The notes below the pieces were generated by a model. The model was not told the DNA's origin and did no database searches. It saw only the letters and a list, made by a program, of their open reading frames with translations. Shown here piece by piece: positions 48,070-60,339 of a stretch of DNA of 64,000 bases (the stretch's first letter is position 1; each line of letters starts with the position of its first letter). The DNA comes from Novakomyces olei (taxonomy: Eukaryota), in the NCBI GenBank assembly GCA_016906335.1, contig JADEYG010000003.1, positions 186,001-250,000 of the forward strand. Reading direction: 5' to 3'. The position numbers were made by a program, and so were the translations under genes.

Positions 48070-50713
48070 TTATTCTTCCGGAAAAGTGATCCATCCAAAC
48101 AGGGCGTCATACTTGGGGTCGTCATCACGTGTCCTGGCAAAATCAGGCTCGCCCAGAAAATAGTTCAGTGCTTCAGCAGAGTCGCCCGCGGTATTAATAG
48201 AGTCTCCGTTATTCACTGCACTAGTCGCTGCCGTTGCCGGAACCGCATTTGAGCCTACAGCTGCATTTGTGTTGACAAAAGATCCGATAATATCGTTGAT
48301 ATCATAATTGCTGGCAGTTATTCCCAGTTGATTATTTACAGGCTGAATATCTTCCAAGGGCACTCCGAGTCGCTCCATTAAACTGTAGATTGTTCCAATT
48401 GCCCTGCGCATACCGTGATTGGCCACGGAGACCTCATCAAGGGCTCTCAGACAAAAGGCCAACGACTGCCTGGCGCTTTCTGAGCGCCCAGCGTTTCTCA
48501 CATGAATCGTGCTGGCAACGTAAGTTGAGTAAGAGAGCATATACGGTGCTCTTCGAAAGGTAAAGGAATCCCTATACGCCTGTACTAACTGAGTTATTTT
48601 CGTCGCCGCGTCTGAACACTGTGACCAATGCTCTTGCGTATTGTTGCGCAAATGAGGGTCCGAAATAAAGGGCCGATGAAGGAGGATTATGAGACTATAA
48701 TACAGGATACTGCGGGGTTAGAAGACGCCTTTTTTATAGACAAATAAAAGGTACAATTGGCATATTAACGTGAAACCGAAAGTAAAACACAAGTTTGCAA
48801 GTATCCTCGGTTAAGCATGGCAAAGACGATGAAAATTATGAAAAAACTAAATTGAAAAATTGAAAAATTAAACGTACTTTATTGTCAAAACGTTCGGAGG
48901 CGGGCACAGTGTCGTTGTTTCCCAAGGCATAAACTTCAATTTGGTCGGCAGTTCAGCAAACCAATTTTCTAAAGACAAATCAATAACTTTGACCATCGCA
49001 ACTTGTTCTTCATGGCTATATTTTACTGCGTAATAATGTGAGATTATTTCGCCCATAATCTCTGCCAGTCTGCAAAGTCCCGCGAACGTGGATACATTGT
49101 ATGAAGGTGCTCCGGGGTATAGGTCCGACATTGTCGGCACGAGCGGGTCCATGTAAGGCCTCCAGTACTGGTTTTCCTCAGAGTCATCGAGAAACTTGCA
49201 CGGCACTGCAAAATCTCTCTGCTGAATAGTCATTGGCCTGCCCAAGTAAAGGCTCTGCAACCTGTCACATACATAAGCACCCCAAAAGACGCGTTTGCGT
49301 ACTTCAATATCCTCTGGGGCCAATCTACTAGCCAGCAAATCCTGGTCGAGGTGCAGCCCCATATCAAGGACCATGCGGACTGCCAGGCCAGTGTATAGCC
49401 AGCCTTTGCTGTTGCGCCCAGAGGACACAAGGGTGCTCCCCATCAGCAATAGGGCAACAGCACTGGGAATAGATGACTGCAAATCGCTGATAAGTGACCA
49501 CGCTCTCTCGAAAAACGGTTCGCCTGCTGTTGTAGGGTCATCGGGATCAGCACGAACTTCCACACGGTCAGAGTACTTGCTAGCACAGGCAAAAATTGCG
49601 TTTAAAAGTCCCTTGGAAAAGTAGGGTCCTCCAAAAAGCATGTCACGCATCATCAGGGGCCGGTATGTGAGAAGGAACGAATGGTGCTGCCTGTTCCAGT
49701 GCAGATCCAGTAAATGCCTGGCCAGTCCGGGCTCAACTCCATCAAAATGCTCTACCGATAACTGGGTTTCATTCATAATGTATCGTGCGGCTAAATCGTA
49801 CAATCGCTGCTTGATTTGCACCTCAGACATTGCTCCCATTACTGGCGGAGTATCATTTGCAGAGTCCTCTTCCCTGTACATTGTAGAGCTAGAGCCATGA
49901 GCCTCGACCCGACCATCGGGGCCCACAAAGGCATGATGGGAAACGGAAAATTCTTGCCTGGTATCGCTCAGGGCAATCAGGGAATGCGCACCGCCAAGAC
50001 TGGACACCATTGATTCCAACCGCTTTTTCTCGTCGCCTAAACGACGGATTTTACGTGACATTGAGGCCTCCAGTTCGGTTTTTTCCTTGACTAATTGCTC
50101 AATCATAGCGTTAGAGGGCCGAGGTCTTTTGACCCGCTCACTGTAGTGGCACTCCAAGCCTGAAAGGCGGCAGTTTCGGCATTGGTCTGTGCCATCACAG
50201 GCCAGCTAGTTTGCGTTAGTTTAAATGATCAAAAGCCTGACACTAAAAGGCAGTGCAAACAAAAGGAAAAAGTAGGCAAGAGTTTATCGCGCACACACAC
50301 AGCTAAAAGTATGGGCGAAAATGCGACCCTTCAGACTACAGTAGGCTAATCAAATCAATGCAGTGTATATCAAACTGAAGATGATTTGGATAGTGTTCAA
50401 ATCAAACTTATCCCATCCAATACTCAAACACATAAAATTGGCCATTTCTGATAAATGAATCCTGGCATAATGTATATACAACACAGTCACCATACTGGAC
50501 CTGCTTTTCAACGTGATTTTGATACAGTCAAACAACACCAGACTCGGGAACGAGCAGCGCATTGATCTCTTTCCAATTTGCTCCCTTTAAAACCGTGAAA
50601 AAAAGTGTGCTCACCTTCTTTTTGTGACAGTAATCACAGGCGACTGTAGTGCGCTTGCGTTTGGCCGTTGTCGCCAGGCCAGGCGATTCTGATTCATCCC
50701 TGTTTGAGCCCAT
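48070..50713 (-). CDS. Zn(II)2Cys6 transcription factor with Fungal_trans domain (NirA-like family)
   Basis: Spliced CDYCHKKK|LACDGTDQCRNCRLSGLEC (intron 50614-50206); GLAVRMVLDMGLH, EVRKRVFWGAYVCD, LYLGRP. Second intron ~48877-48710. Confidence 0.9.
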
Positions 50714-50892
50714 TGGCCATGACGGAAGGGCTGCAGCAATGCCGCTCAAAGTGCGAAGCTTGTTGGCGTTGTAGATCTGCTTTATTACTGTACTGTCGTT
50801 AATTTACTCTTAAATTAATTGCGTACAGTATATAGGCGCGTTAATTAATGCGTATATAATTTATGAGAACTCCTATATTATATCACATTTAG

Positions 50893-51092
50893 TCATTTAT
50901 TCATTTATTCATTTATTCATTTATTCATTTATTCATTTATTCATTTATTCATTTATTCATTTATTCATTTATTCATTTATTCATTTATTCATTTATTCAT
51001 TTATTCATTTATTCATTTATTCATTTATTCATTTATTCATTTATTCATTTATTCATTTATTCATTTATTCATTTATTCATTTATTCATTTAT
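50893..51092. repeat. (CATTTATT)n / ATTC-ATTT compound microsatellite
   Basis: ~200 bp of alternating ATTC and ATTT. Confidence 0.95.
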
Positions 51093-51471
51093 TTAATCGT
51101 AATTACAATATGCGGACAAGAGGGGCGTTGTATGCTTGACAACTTGCAATAAAATATAAACCAATTGATATACATTTTTATCTCTTTAAACTAAAACTCA
51201 AAATTCTGCATCCGTACCTGTTTTGTTCAAATATTCATCACTCAAATTGCTGATATCAAAGAAAAACCATCCAACACTGTACAGTAGACTATACAATCAT
51301 CATTCTCAATCAATGGCAAATCATCACACCGGTATATGCCAAAGAGCCTGCAAAGAATGATTATAAACATTAAATATTAAATAAAAGAGGTAAATAAAAG
51401 AAGGGCTTGAAAGAATACGTGTAGCATTTCAGCAAACCCTGCATTCGTGCAATTGCGAGACGTTTAACGCA

Positions 51472-53902
51472 CTAAAACGAAAAAAGAGCCGAATTTTTAT
51501 TGCCGAATCTAAAAATTAGTACGACTAGAACACCCAACAATCAAAAATGAATGAATAAACCTGCATAGAAATAGAACGCAAAGGCACTTACGGATAGACA
51601 ACTAGAGCAGACACAAAAAGCCCGACAGTGAGAGCAATGGCGACTTCGATCATAGTAGCGCCCACACTAAAGCTCGAGTAAAGATTTGTTTGAGTAGCGC
51701 CTGCATTTGTAGAAGCATTGAAATAATTTATTTCCAGCCCGGCCAAAAGTCCGCCTGTGGCAGAAATACCAGAGGGAACAAGCAGCATAATCCCGCTGGC
51801 AACGGAGGCAAAAGCGAATCCGTGCCGCGACCGAGAGTACAAATGGGACATGAGGCCGAGAGCAAAAGCAGAAACGGCACTACGGACTTGGCTGCTTGAG
51901 TGTAGGCCGACAAAGTAATTCACAATGTAGCCAATTGAGCCCAACAGCACCATTACCGGCAACTGCCGAGGCTGTGCACCAATTACAATCGACTGTAAAA
52001 CTAGGTAGATAGGGATAAGTAAGATACGCCATTTCGGATCAACAGTGCGAGGACAAGCGTCCGGTCTTGGAGGATTGTCCATTGCCAACCCCCATAATTG
52101 TGTGCCAAGTCCGAGCCCGAATCCAAGGAAAAGCGAGTAAATAACTGCATAAAACATGCGTACAGAACCGGACGCGATGGAATGGGTCTGGAGCTCTAGG
52201 CAGCCGCACACTGGGATTAGTACATGCATCTTGCAATAAGGGCGATATAAAGTCAAAATTGTAATTACAAATTACGTATCCCGGGAGGATGAGGGTTATA
52301 CTGCTCGAGGCAATCGATCCAAAACAAAACACATTATTGTTTTCGCCAATTGATGCAAACGCCCTAGCCAAAAAGGACGAGATCAGAGCGGCTGTGACTT
52401 CCATCACGTCTGCACATTAGCAAAAAAGTTTCCCAAAAAAGAAACTTTGAATAAAGATCTTTCTTTTTCCTCTCTAATATTTTTTTCTGGTTTTTTCTCA
52501 TGTGCCTTGTCGACTTACTCGAGTATAATCTATTGCGTGAGGCCACTACAACCTGCAGCAGGCCCGTAATGCACCCGAGACAGAAAGCAATAGGCATATC
52601 CTGCCACCAGCCTCCATAAGCCCAGAGGCAAGCAAAAGAAGCAGCTAGGCCATACGTTAAAACAAGCTGCCAGTCCTTGTAATAAGCAGGTGCCTTGATT
52701 ACATCTGTAATCATACCTGTCGCCTCTTCCACAGTGATTCGGCCCTTGAGAAGCACACGGTACACGCGAAAAACGATTTCGAGCTTCCCCAGATCCAGCC
52801 CTTGTGCCTTTACCATGGTAGTGTAAGTCTGGTTAACAGCGCCATTATGCTCGACAAAGCAAATCTCCATAACACCGGGCAGATAATTTATCCTGGCTTC
52901 AATTCCACACAGGTGGCTCAGCGAGATAACGTACTCCTCCAGCCGGTGACTGGGTCCTCCGTACAGCATTGTAGCGTAAATAAATATAATAATCAGATTA
53001 CGTTTAGCTTCTATCGATTTTGCTTGCACTTCACTGATGCGTTTCTTGCGTGGCCGTAAGAAAGGAAGGTCCCGCAGGTCTCGGATTGAAGCGCTGTTTA
53101 CCGTATCCTTTAAAAATGATCCAATTTTTTGCCGGGCAGCGTGCTGGTTTATATTCTCCAGCTCAAGAAGCCGTTTGTGTGAAGCATTGTGAGGAGTATG
53201 GCTCCCTGAGCCAAAGGCGGGTGCTGGTGGAGCCAAACCCGAAGCCGCAGCGGGTGCCGGAGTAACCGGCACCGGCGTACCCGTCCCCGGCGAGCTCGGG
53301 GTGCTTTTATGGCTGTCGATCTCGGGAACGTGGGCCGTTGAATCATAGGCGGCGATCCGATCGGCATCGATTCCGGCATCGCCAATCTCATTGCGCGAAA
53401 TTGGCAGTTTATTAGCGCCCTCAAACCTGTCCCGGCTAATGCTAAAGTCCTGCTTGAAATCGTGCCAGTAATTTAGCAGCTCAGTCTTGAGCTTTGCAAA
53501 GGACCTAATTTTATACAGCGGCGTCCGCAGAAACAGCTTGTCGTCTGCCAGCGTCACTGACCGGCCCCGTCTTAATCCCGCATTATTCCCGTTGCTTCCG
53601 CCTGCACTATGGTCCGAGTGGGTCTCTGGTGCAGGATTCGGGGGCGATGCGTCCGGTTTCTCCAGCGTTTCACGCAGCGCACTGTTCAGCGGCGCTGACT
53701 GTGCCTCGTGGTACGGCACATCGCGCTGCTGCTGCGACCTTAATCGGCTCAGACGCGTTTCCAAGTAGTCCGCGTCCTCTGGCGCCAAGTAATCCGCACT
53801 CTCCTCCACATCCCTGTGCCCAGGCTCTGGCGCTCCGTTGGCACTCATAACGCCTGCAGAGTAGGGTGCATCTGCCGGCACATTACAGTATGGAGGTCTC
53901 AT
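51472..53902 (-). CDS. PRM10: Prm10-like membrane protein (ThrE/DUF1212)
   Basis: MLYGGPSHRLEEY, YLPGVM, GLDLGKL, ILPGYVILCGCLEL, GSVRMFYAVIYSLFLGFGL, LVPSG, spliced end YPFGNKNSALFSF. Three coding introns; probable 5'UTR intron ~54060-53906. Confidence 0.88.
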
Positions 53903-54777
53903 AGTCTATATATAATTTATAAATTATATTAATTTATATATTAATTTCTATATTAATTTCTATATTAGTCTATATATTAAATTATATATAATACAATTTA
54001 TATATAATACAATTTCTGATACAATAAATTTATATTTATATATAAATAGAACACGCTCACGGATATACTCTATATTTTAGTGCAAATAACGACACACTGG
54101 AGCAGAGCGTGTGCCATTCCGATACTGAGGAGATAGTGAGCTGATTCACGGTGGGGTTTACACACACAGTGCTTAATGATCTACAGTGTTTTTCACAGTG
54201 TTGTTCACAGTGTTGCGATGAAATAACGTTGGCAGATTGCATTAAATAGTGTACATTCATCAAAGTGTACTGAGTGCAAATCAAAGACGATTGTAACTGC
54301 CGTCCACCTCCTGCACACATGCGGGCTGACATTATCATTGTACAGTCAGAAAATAAAACAAAAATAGTACGGGACAGGACAGGTTTTGCATTAAAGATAC
54401 ACAATATTGCTTGCCTTATTGATAAAGGGACTAGGTTAGAAAGTGTGCGAGTCTATGCCAAATTGTGTATTAATCCCCTTGAACCCTGTGCTCCTGGTTT
54501 CGGTACCGGCAGTAAAAGAAGGCGCAAGAAACTATAGTATGGTTTTTTCAGCAATGCTTGGCAGCAAGCAGGTGCAGCAAACTTGCACGTATTTTTCTCC
54601 CATTACATATAGACAGCGAATATCATAGGAAGGTACTATTTACTGCTTGTCGTTATTTTGTCATAAGTACTCTGCTGCAAATGTGTGCGTTCTTAATCTA
54701 TTATAATTTCTTTCACGTTGCATCTCCTATATTATTACATGAAGCAATCAAATTATATAGATTAAACAGCATGTAAA

Positions 54778-55938
54778 ATGCTCACAGTGCAAGAGAGCGC
54801 TCGGTTCATTGCAGAGGTTTGAGCGTTTATCCTGCAATTGCTTACATCAGACAGCGCAAGACGTCGCTGTAGACGACGAGGGCATATCGCAGCGGGTTCC
54901 AGAGGTACGGAAATTTGGTGTATTCCTTTTAATTTGTAGCTGTCAAGAGATATACAATCGCAGTCATACAATTTCCAGCAATGGAGCAAGCACGAACTAC
55001 ACCCACAGACACGCGACGAAACGGCACTTGACTGGTAAATGTGTAATGTCCGCTAGAGACTAATTTTGACAGGATATTCCTCGTTGATTCTCTCAACTTT
55101 TCGTTTTGGTCTGAAGGCGCTACAGACGATGACCCTCAAAACAAGGCTCTTTACACCGTACAATTCAAAGGTCGGGAATACACAGGGTACTGGAGCCTCT
55201 GTGCGGCAATTGACCGTGCTCTCGATGAAGGGATACCAATAACAACCCCATCGTTTTATGGCGATGTGGACCGCTGCTCTGACGAATTGCTCAAGCACGT
55301 TTTTCGCAGTAGCACGCGACAGCAGATTCCGCTACTGTAAGGAAATACAGTGTCTTTTTCCCAGTGCTGACAATCAAAGACCCGAACGTATCAAATGTTT
55401 ACGTGAAAACTCACGAATTCTTCTTTCAAAGTTTGGATCAGTGTCAGCTTTGGTCTCTACAACCTCTGCAGTCCAACTAGTCAACAACTTGGCTGAACAC
55501 TTTCCCAGTTTTCGCGACGAGTACGAGTACCGGGGCAAGACTGTACGTATAATGAAGCGAGCACAGATTTTCTGTGCTGACGTTTGGGCATGCTTCCAGG
55601 CACAAGGTCCAGGTGCATTTGATGATATCGATCAAATCACCATGTTTGCAGACTATAGGGTTCCACAGATACTCCATACACTCGGTATTCTGCGGTATAG
55701 TGAGGATTTAAGACACAAGTTGGAGGCGAATACTGAACTTGCACATGGGTCAAGACAAGAGATTGAATTGCGAGGCTGCAGTATTGAAGCGGTTCAGCGA
55801 ATGGTCGCTTTGCTTGAGCCTAAATGTCCAGGAATCAATCCTGTGTTGCTCGATTTTTATTTGTGGGACCGGGCAAAGGCAGTTCAGGCTCTCGTACCGG
55901 CCATACCCTGCCATAGGACGCGATCTATTTATTACTAA
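54778..55938 (+). CDS. QNG1: Queuosine salvage N-glycosylase (DUF2419)
   Basis: Spliced MLTVQESARFIAE, HELHP, WIFLVDSLNFSFW, YTGYWSLCAAI, FPSFRD, KRAQIF.AD, TMFADYRVPQ, EIELRGCSI, DFYLWD, HRTRSIYY. Four introns of ~34-43 nt. Confidence 0.93.
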
Positions 55939-56360
55939 ATGGCAAAGATTGTAAAACGAGGCTGGAAAAGACAAGTCGTAGAATCCTCACGTCAAATGGT
56001 CACGTGACCTTAAAAAAAACTTGCTATAATCTCTTCCTATAAAATAATTTACATAAAAGCATTGCAATTATGCGATAGATGGCAAGACAGTGTTCCGTCT
56101 TTAAGTCTAAATGATTATATTAAACTTGCTGCAAGTTTCGCTGCGGTTTCTCCGTGCTTGTATATCCCGCCATTGGCTCCGGTCCAGGCATCCTCTATAT
56201 TACCTCAATTTCCCTACGCGTCTCATTATTTGTGATAAATAAAATGTATTAAGTAATGCATAATATTATTACTCAATCTATATATGTTTAAACTTATCTA
56301 TATATGTTTAAAAGTTTAGCGTTCTTTAACAGTCGAAACACAAATGGTCGATTCGAACAT

Positions 56361-56434
56361 GGGCACTTGGTGTAGATGGTTATCACGCCTTCTTAGCATG
56401 GAGGAGGTCGGGGATTCGAGTTCCTCAGTGTCCA
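56361..56434 (+). tRNA. tRNA-Ala(AGC)
   Basis: G3:U70 pair in GGGCACT/AGTGTCC-A, CCTTC-TTAGCAT-GGAGG anticodon arm, TTCGAG T loop, T6 terminator. Confidence 0.93.
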
Positions 56435-58025
56435 TTTTTTCCTATTGCACTCTAAAATTTTTTTATTGCACTTGATCATGTGTATTATAAATATTCAAGC
56501 GACTCCAAGTTCATGCTTCAATGTCATTCTAAAATCAATGGGCAGCACTATTCTGTTGCTAAGGTCGTCTATTGCGAGTCATTTACATATTTATGTGTTG
56601 ACTCTTGTCTTTTAAGCCAGACCTTTCTCTCTAAGCAGCCTTCAACTGCCCTTTGATATATTGACTATTCCTGTCTACTCCGAATAGCGACCTATTCATA
56701 CCTCATGTTCAATCACAGATCTTAAATTTACAAGGCCTGTTTACTACAGCACAGTTCTCAAAATGTCTGTCTTTACGTAGTCACGGTGACATTGCATCGG
56801 CTTACGTTATACGGCTTACGTTATACGGCGCAGTCTTTCGGGCGCCGAAATCGTATTTTATTGGACGTTTGCCAAGTCTGATGATTTCTAAAGGCTTGTT
56901 TCGGTGAAATATATTGCAAATTTGGTTATGGTCTAAGGGCCCTAACCATCGAATGATGAATGTTCGTTAACAGACTGGAGAGAATGTTCTCATTCCATTG
57001 TTCTCAATCCTTTCATCTTCTTTTTCTATCGATTTTCTGATTACGTTGGTTTAAATTGAAATCTATTCAATCAATTCCACAAGCAGAGTGATTTACCGCA
57101 AAAGATTCTGTCGGATGCATGAAATAAACTAAAAGATTGGTCAAAGAAAAAAATGTCGCCGAAAATGACCGATAAATTTTGTATACGCCGATGTATCGTC
57201 ATTCCGGAGATTGAATCTCAAATGTTGATGTGATCTGCGCTGTTAAAAAAATCCGATCTCTGAGTATTATGTAATATTAGACTAATCATGTAAATTTCCA
57301 CATAGGGTATACTTGTGTATAGAATGGCTATTTCATGGAGAAGGGAAAGCTCAATGGTTTTGGGCGGTAATGATTACTAAAAAATTATTACTAAAAATTG
57401 GTTTCGGAATGCGAAACGACCAGTTTGATACGGGAATCTTGACTGCCGTCATTATCAAATCACAATCACAGTCACAAATTCCACGTGCCACAGCGGTTAT
57501 GAATTACTTGCTATCGGATCGAGTCTAAAGGGACTCGTTAGCAAAAATTTGGATATAGTTGGAATTCCATACTACTGAATCAATGCTGCGACTGACGGTG
57601 GAAGTGTCGTTTGGCTACAGCAATTAATTTTTCATAGTAATAACGCTTTGAATTCGACAATGTGACAAGCTTTTGTGTTTATTAGAACGGTATATTCGGT
57701 TTTGCGCGTATAATACTGAAGCATCATTCGCCGATCCACTAATATGACAGCTTGGCAAAGTGTTCAGTAATACTATACGCAAACTGCACATTTATCCGAA
57801 CTGCTCACACAATGGGCCATTTTCGGCCATTTTTAGGTAAGATGAGTCCCGATACCGGCCGGTACTGGATTTATAAAACCGTCAAATCACAAATAAGAAA
57901 GCAATGGAAACGGAATTGTGAATAAACCCACGAGCCGTATATAAAACGAATACGCTAGAGCCTGGAAAGATCATCCATCTATTAATTACACTCTTGCTGC
58001 CTTGTACAAACCACAGTTTTACACA

Positions 58026-59651
58026 ATGCCGCAAGACGCTGGAGGAGGCGGTACCGCTTCTACAACAGCGCCGGAGGAAAATGATAAAAAAAATGCCAAG
58101 GTCCAAAACAAGGGAATCGTAGTCTTCCTGCTCTTTCTCAGTATGGCAGGCATGATGTTTGGGGCAGATACAGGAACAATCTCCGGCATCGTGGGAATGC
58201 GAAACTTTTTAGATTTGTTTGGTGACGAGTACGATGCGAATGGGCAAAGAAGCTTCAGCAATCGCCGAGTGGGTCTCACTATAGGCGCCGTCTATATCGG
58301 CGCCTTTTTCGGCTGCTTTCTCTCCAGTCCTCTGTCGGACAGGTACGGCAAGAAAAAATCGGTTGTCGCTTGGTGCGGAGTCTACCTCGTCGGTGTTATA
58401 ATCCAACTGGCAACCGTGCGCACATATGCCCAGTACGTAGTGGGCCGTGTTGTTTCAGGGTTTTCTATCGGAGCCCTGTCTGTCATTTCGCCTTCTTATC
58501 AAAGCGAAACTTCGCCTTCTCAAGTTCGAGGCACCGTCGTTTCCACTTACCAGTTGCTGGTTACCTTTGGCATTCTTATTGGGTACATTATCACTCTCGG
58601 CACGCATAGCATGCACAATACCGGTGCCTGGCGTATCCCCGTAGGCATCAATCTCGCGTGGGGTCTGCTGTTTATGTTTGGTGTGGTCTTCTTACCCGAA
58701 TCGCCCCGGTACCTAATGCGCATTGGCGACGAGGAAGGAAGCCGCCGGGTGATTGCCCAAATCCAGGGTCGGTCGCAGGATGACCCTGTTGTGGAAGACG
58801 AGTTCAATGAAATTGAAAGCGATGTCAAAAAGGAGCTGTCTGGTGGACCCGTTTCCTGGTCCGAGATTTGGGGGCCTAAAATCAGGTACCGCACGTTTCT
58901 CGGCATGGCAGTAATGTCGCTACAGCAGCTGACAGGTAATAACTTCTTTTTCCTTTTTGCCAGTACTCTGTTTGCCGGTGTGGGTGTGAGTAACCCGTAC
59001 ATTGCCTCACTGATTTTGGGTCTGGTAAACTTTTTCTGCACGTTTGGTGGACTCTACATTCTCGAACGGTTCGGCCGTCGCAAGCCGCTTATCATTGGAG
59101 GCATGTGGATGTTTGTGTGCCTCATGATTTACGCGTCCGTGGGCGTGTCGCGTTTCTACAATCACACTGGGGATACCGAGCGGCAAGCAGGCATTGTCAT
59201 GATTTGCTTCACCTGCTTTTACATTGCAGGGTTTTCTACCACATTTGCCCCGTGCCCCTACGTGTTGATTAGCGAATCTTATCCGTTACGTGTTCGCAGT
59301 AAATGTGCGGCAATTGCTACTGCCAGCAATTGGACTTTTTTGTTTATCATTTCTTTTGTTTCTAATTTTGTGTCGGACCGTATTCATTACTCGTACGGTT
59401 ACGTCTTTGCTGCATTTTGCATTATTGGCTCGCTCACCATCTTCTTCTTTGCCAAGGAAACAAAGGGACTCAGCTTGGAGGCCATCAATTTGCTGTACGA
59501 GTCTAATGTGAAACCATGGCATTCCGAAGAATGGTCAAAGAATTTGAAGCCGGTTGACAAGGATATACGCTCAGATGTTGAAAACCCAAAACAGCGTGAT
59601 AACAATCAGGCCGAATTGCAGCAACGTGAAAACGCGTCCTCGGAAGGATAA
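58026..59651 (+). CDS. MFS sugar porter (hexose transporter, Ght-like), intronless
   Basis: FGADTGTISG, DRYGKK, YQSETSP..RG, PESPRYL, SLQQLTGNN, ERFGRRKPL, SESYPLRVRSK, ETKGLSLE. First ATG at 58026. Confidence 0.95.
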   Translation: MPQDAGGGGTASTTAPEENDKKNAKVQNKGIVVFLLFLSMAGMMFGADTGTISGIVGMRNFLDLFGDEYDANGQRSFSNRRVGLTIGAVYIGAFFGCFLSSPLSDRYGKKKSVVAWCGVYLVGVIIQLATVRTYAQYVVGRVVSGFSIGALSVISPSYQSETSPSQVRGTVVSTYQLLVTFGILIGYIITLGTHSMHNTGAWRIPVGINLAWGLLFMFGVVFLPESPRYLMRIGDEEGSRRVIAQIQGRSQDDPVVEDEFNEIESDVKKELSGGPVSWSEIWGPKIRYRTFLGMAVMSLQQLTGNNFFFLFASTLFAGVGVSNPYIASLILGLVNFFCTFGGLYILERFGRRKPLIIGGMWMFVCLMIYASVGVSRFYNHTGDTERQAGIVMICFTCFYIAGFSTTFAPCPYVLISESYPLRVRSKCAAIATASNWTFLFIISFVSNFVSDRIHYSYGYVFAAFCIIGSLTIFFFAKETKGLSLEAINLLYESNVKPWHSEEWSKNLKPVDKDIRSDVENPKQRDNNQAELQQRENASSEG

Positions 59652-60133
59652 ATCCACAGTTAATTATCTGCTTTCTGATTTGCATCTATGCGTTTGGACG
59701 ATCTATAATCCTATTTCGATTTTATTTTCCTCTTTTTTATCATCACCATCGGGTATCATACATTTCCATGTGTGAAAATTCACGTTTTCCTTTTGTACTT
59801 GTGAACGAGATTTGCCCGGTACGGATGCAAGTTCGATTCAGTGCGAATTGATTTTCTTATAATGAATGATGTCGCAGCCATAGACGCGGCAGATGTGAGG
59901 CGCAACAAAAGCTTTTTATATGTATATATTTAGAGAAACAAAGGAAACGGAAAGTGAGTGCATATATTGAAGCATTTATAGATATCATAAACACATTCAT
60001 TGATACAAGTTATTCCAATAAGATTAATAGACTCAATAGGCATGTTTTACAGTTTCTTCTGACCAAGCCTGAGCAGAGCCAGTGGCGAGAAGCCAAAGTG
60101 ATAAAAATAATATCCAAAAAAAAAAAACATTTC

Positions 60134-60221
60134 TACGAGCGGCGGGATTCGAACCCGCTACCTTTTCGGATCTATTTCAAACATGTGAACGAAATGTGAT
60201 AACCAAATACACCACGCTCGC
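60134..60221 (-). tRNA. tRNA-Val(CAC) with ~14-nt intron
   Basis: Reverse strand: GCGAGCG/CGCTCGT-A acceptor, TTTCG-TT-CAC-A..CGAAA anticodon arm, GCGGG-TTCGAAT-CCCGC T arm, poly-T downstream. Confidence 0.9.
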
Positions 60222-60339
60222 AGGTTTTAACCAACCATTGGCAGTGATATCTAGGCCTAAAGCAGCAATTTACTTATATAAAGCTTGCATCTTTATTTTA
60301 TCTATTTGCGGAGTCGAAACCGTAATCCGTCATAACGCA

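Noticed and set aside
55998..56100. GGTCACGTGACC palindrome, AT-rich stretch and TTCCG, resembling a point centromere
   Set aside because: The spacer is far less AT-rich than CDEII, the CDEIII match is poor, and point centromeres are limited to intron-poor Saccharomycetaceae. At most a bHLH (Cbf1-like) site.
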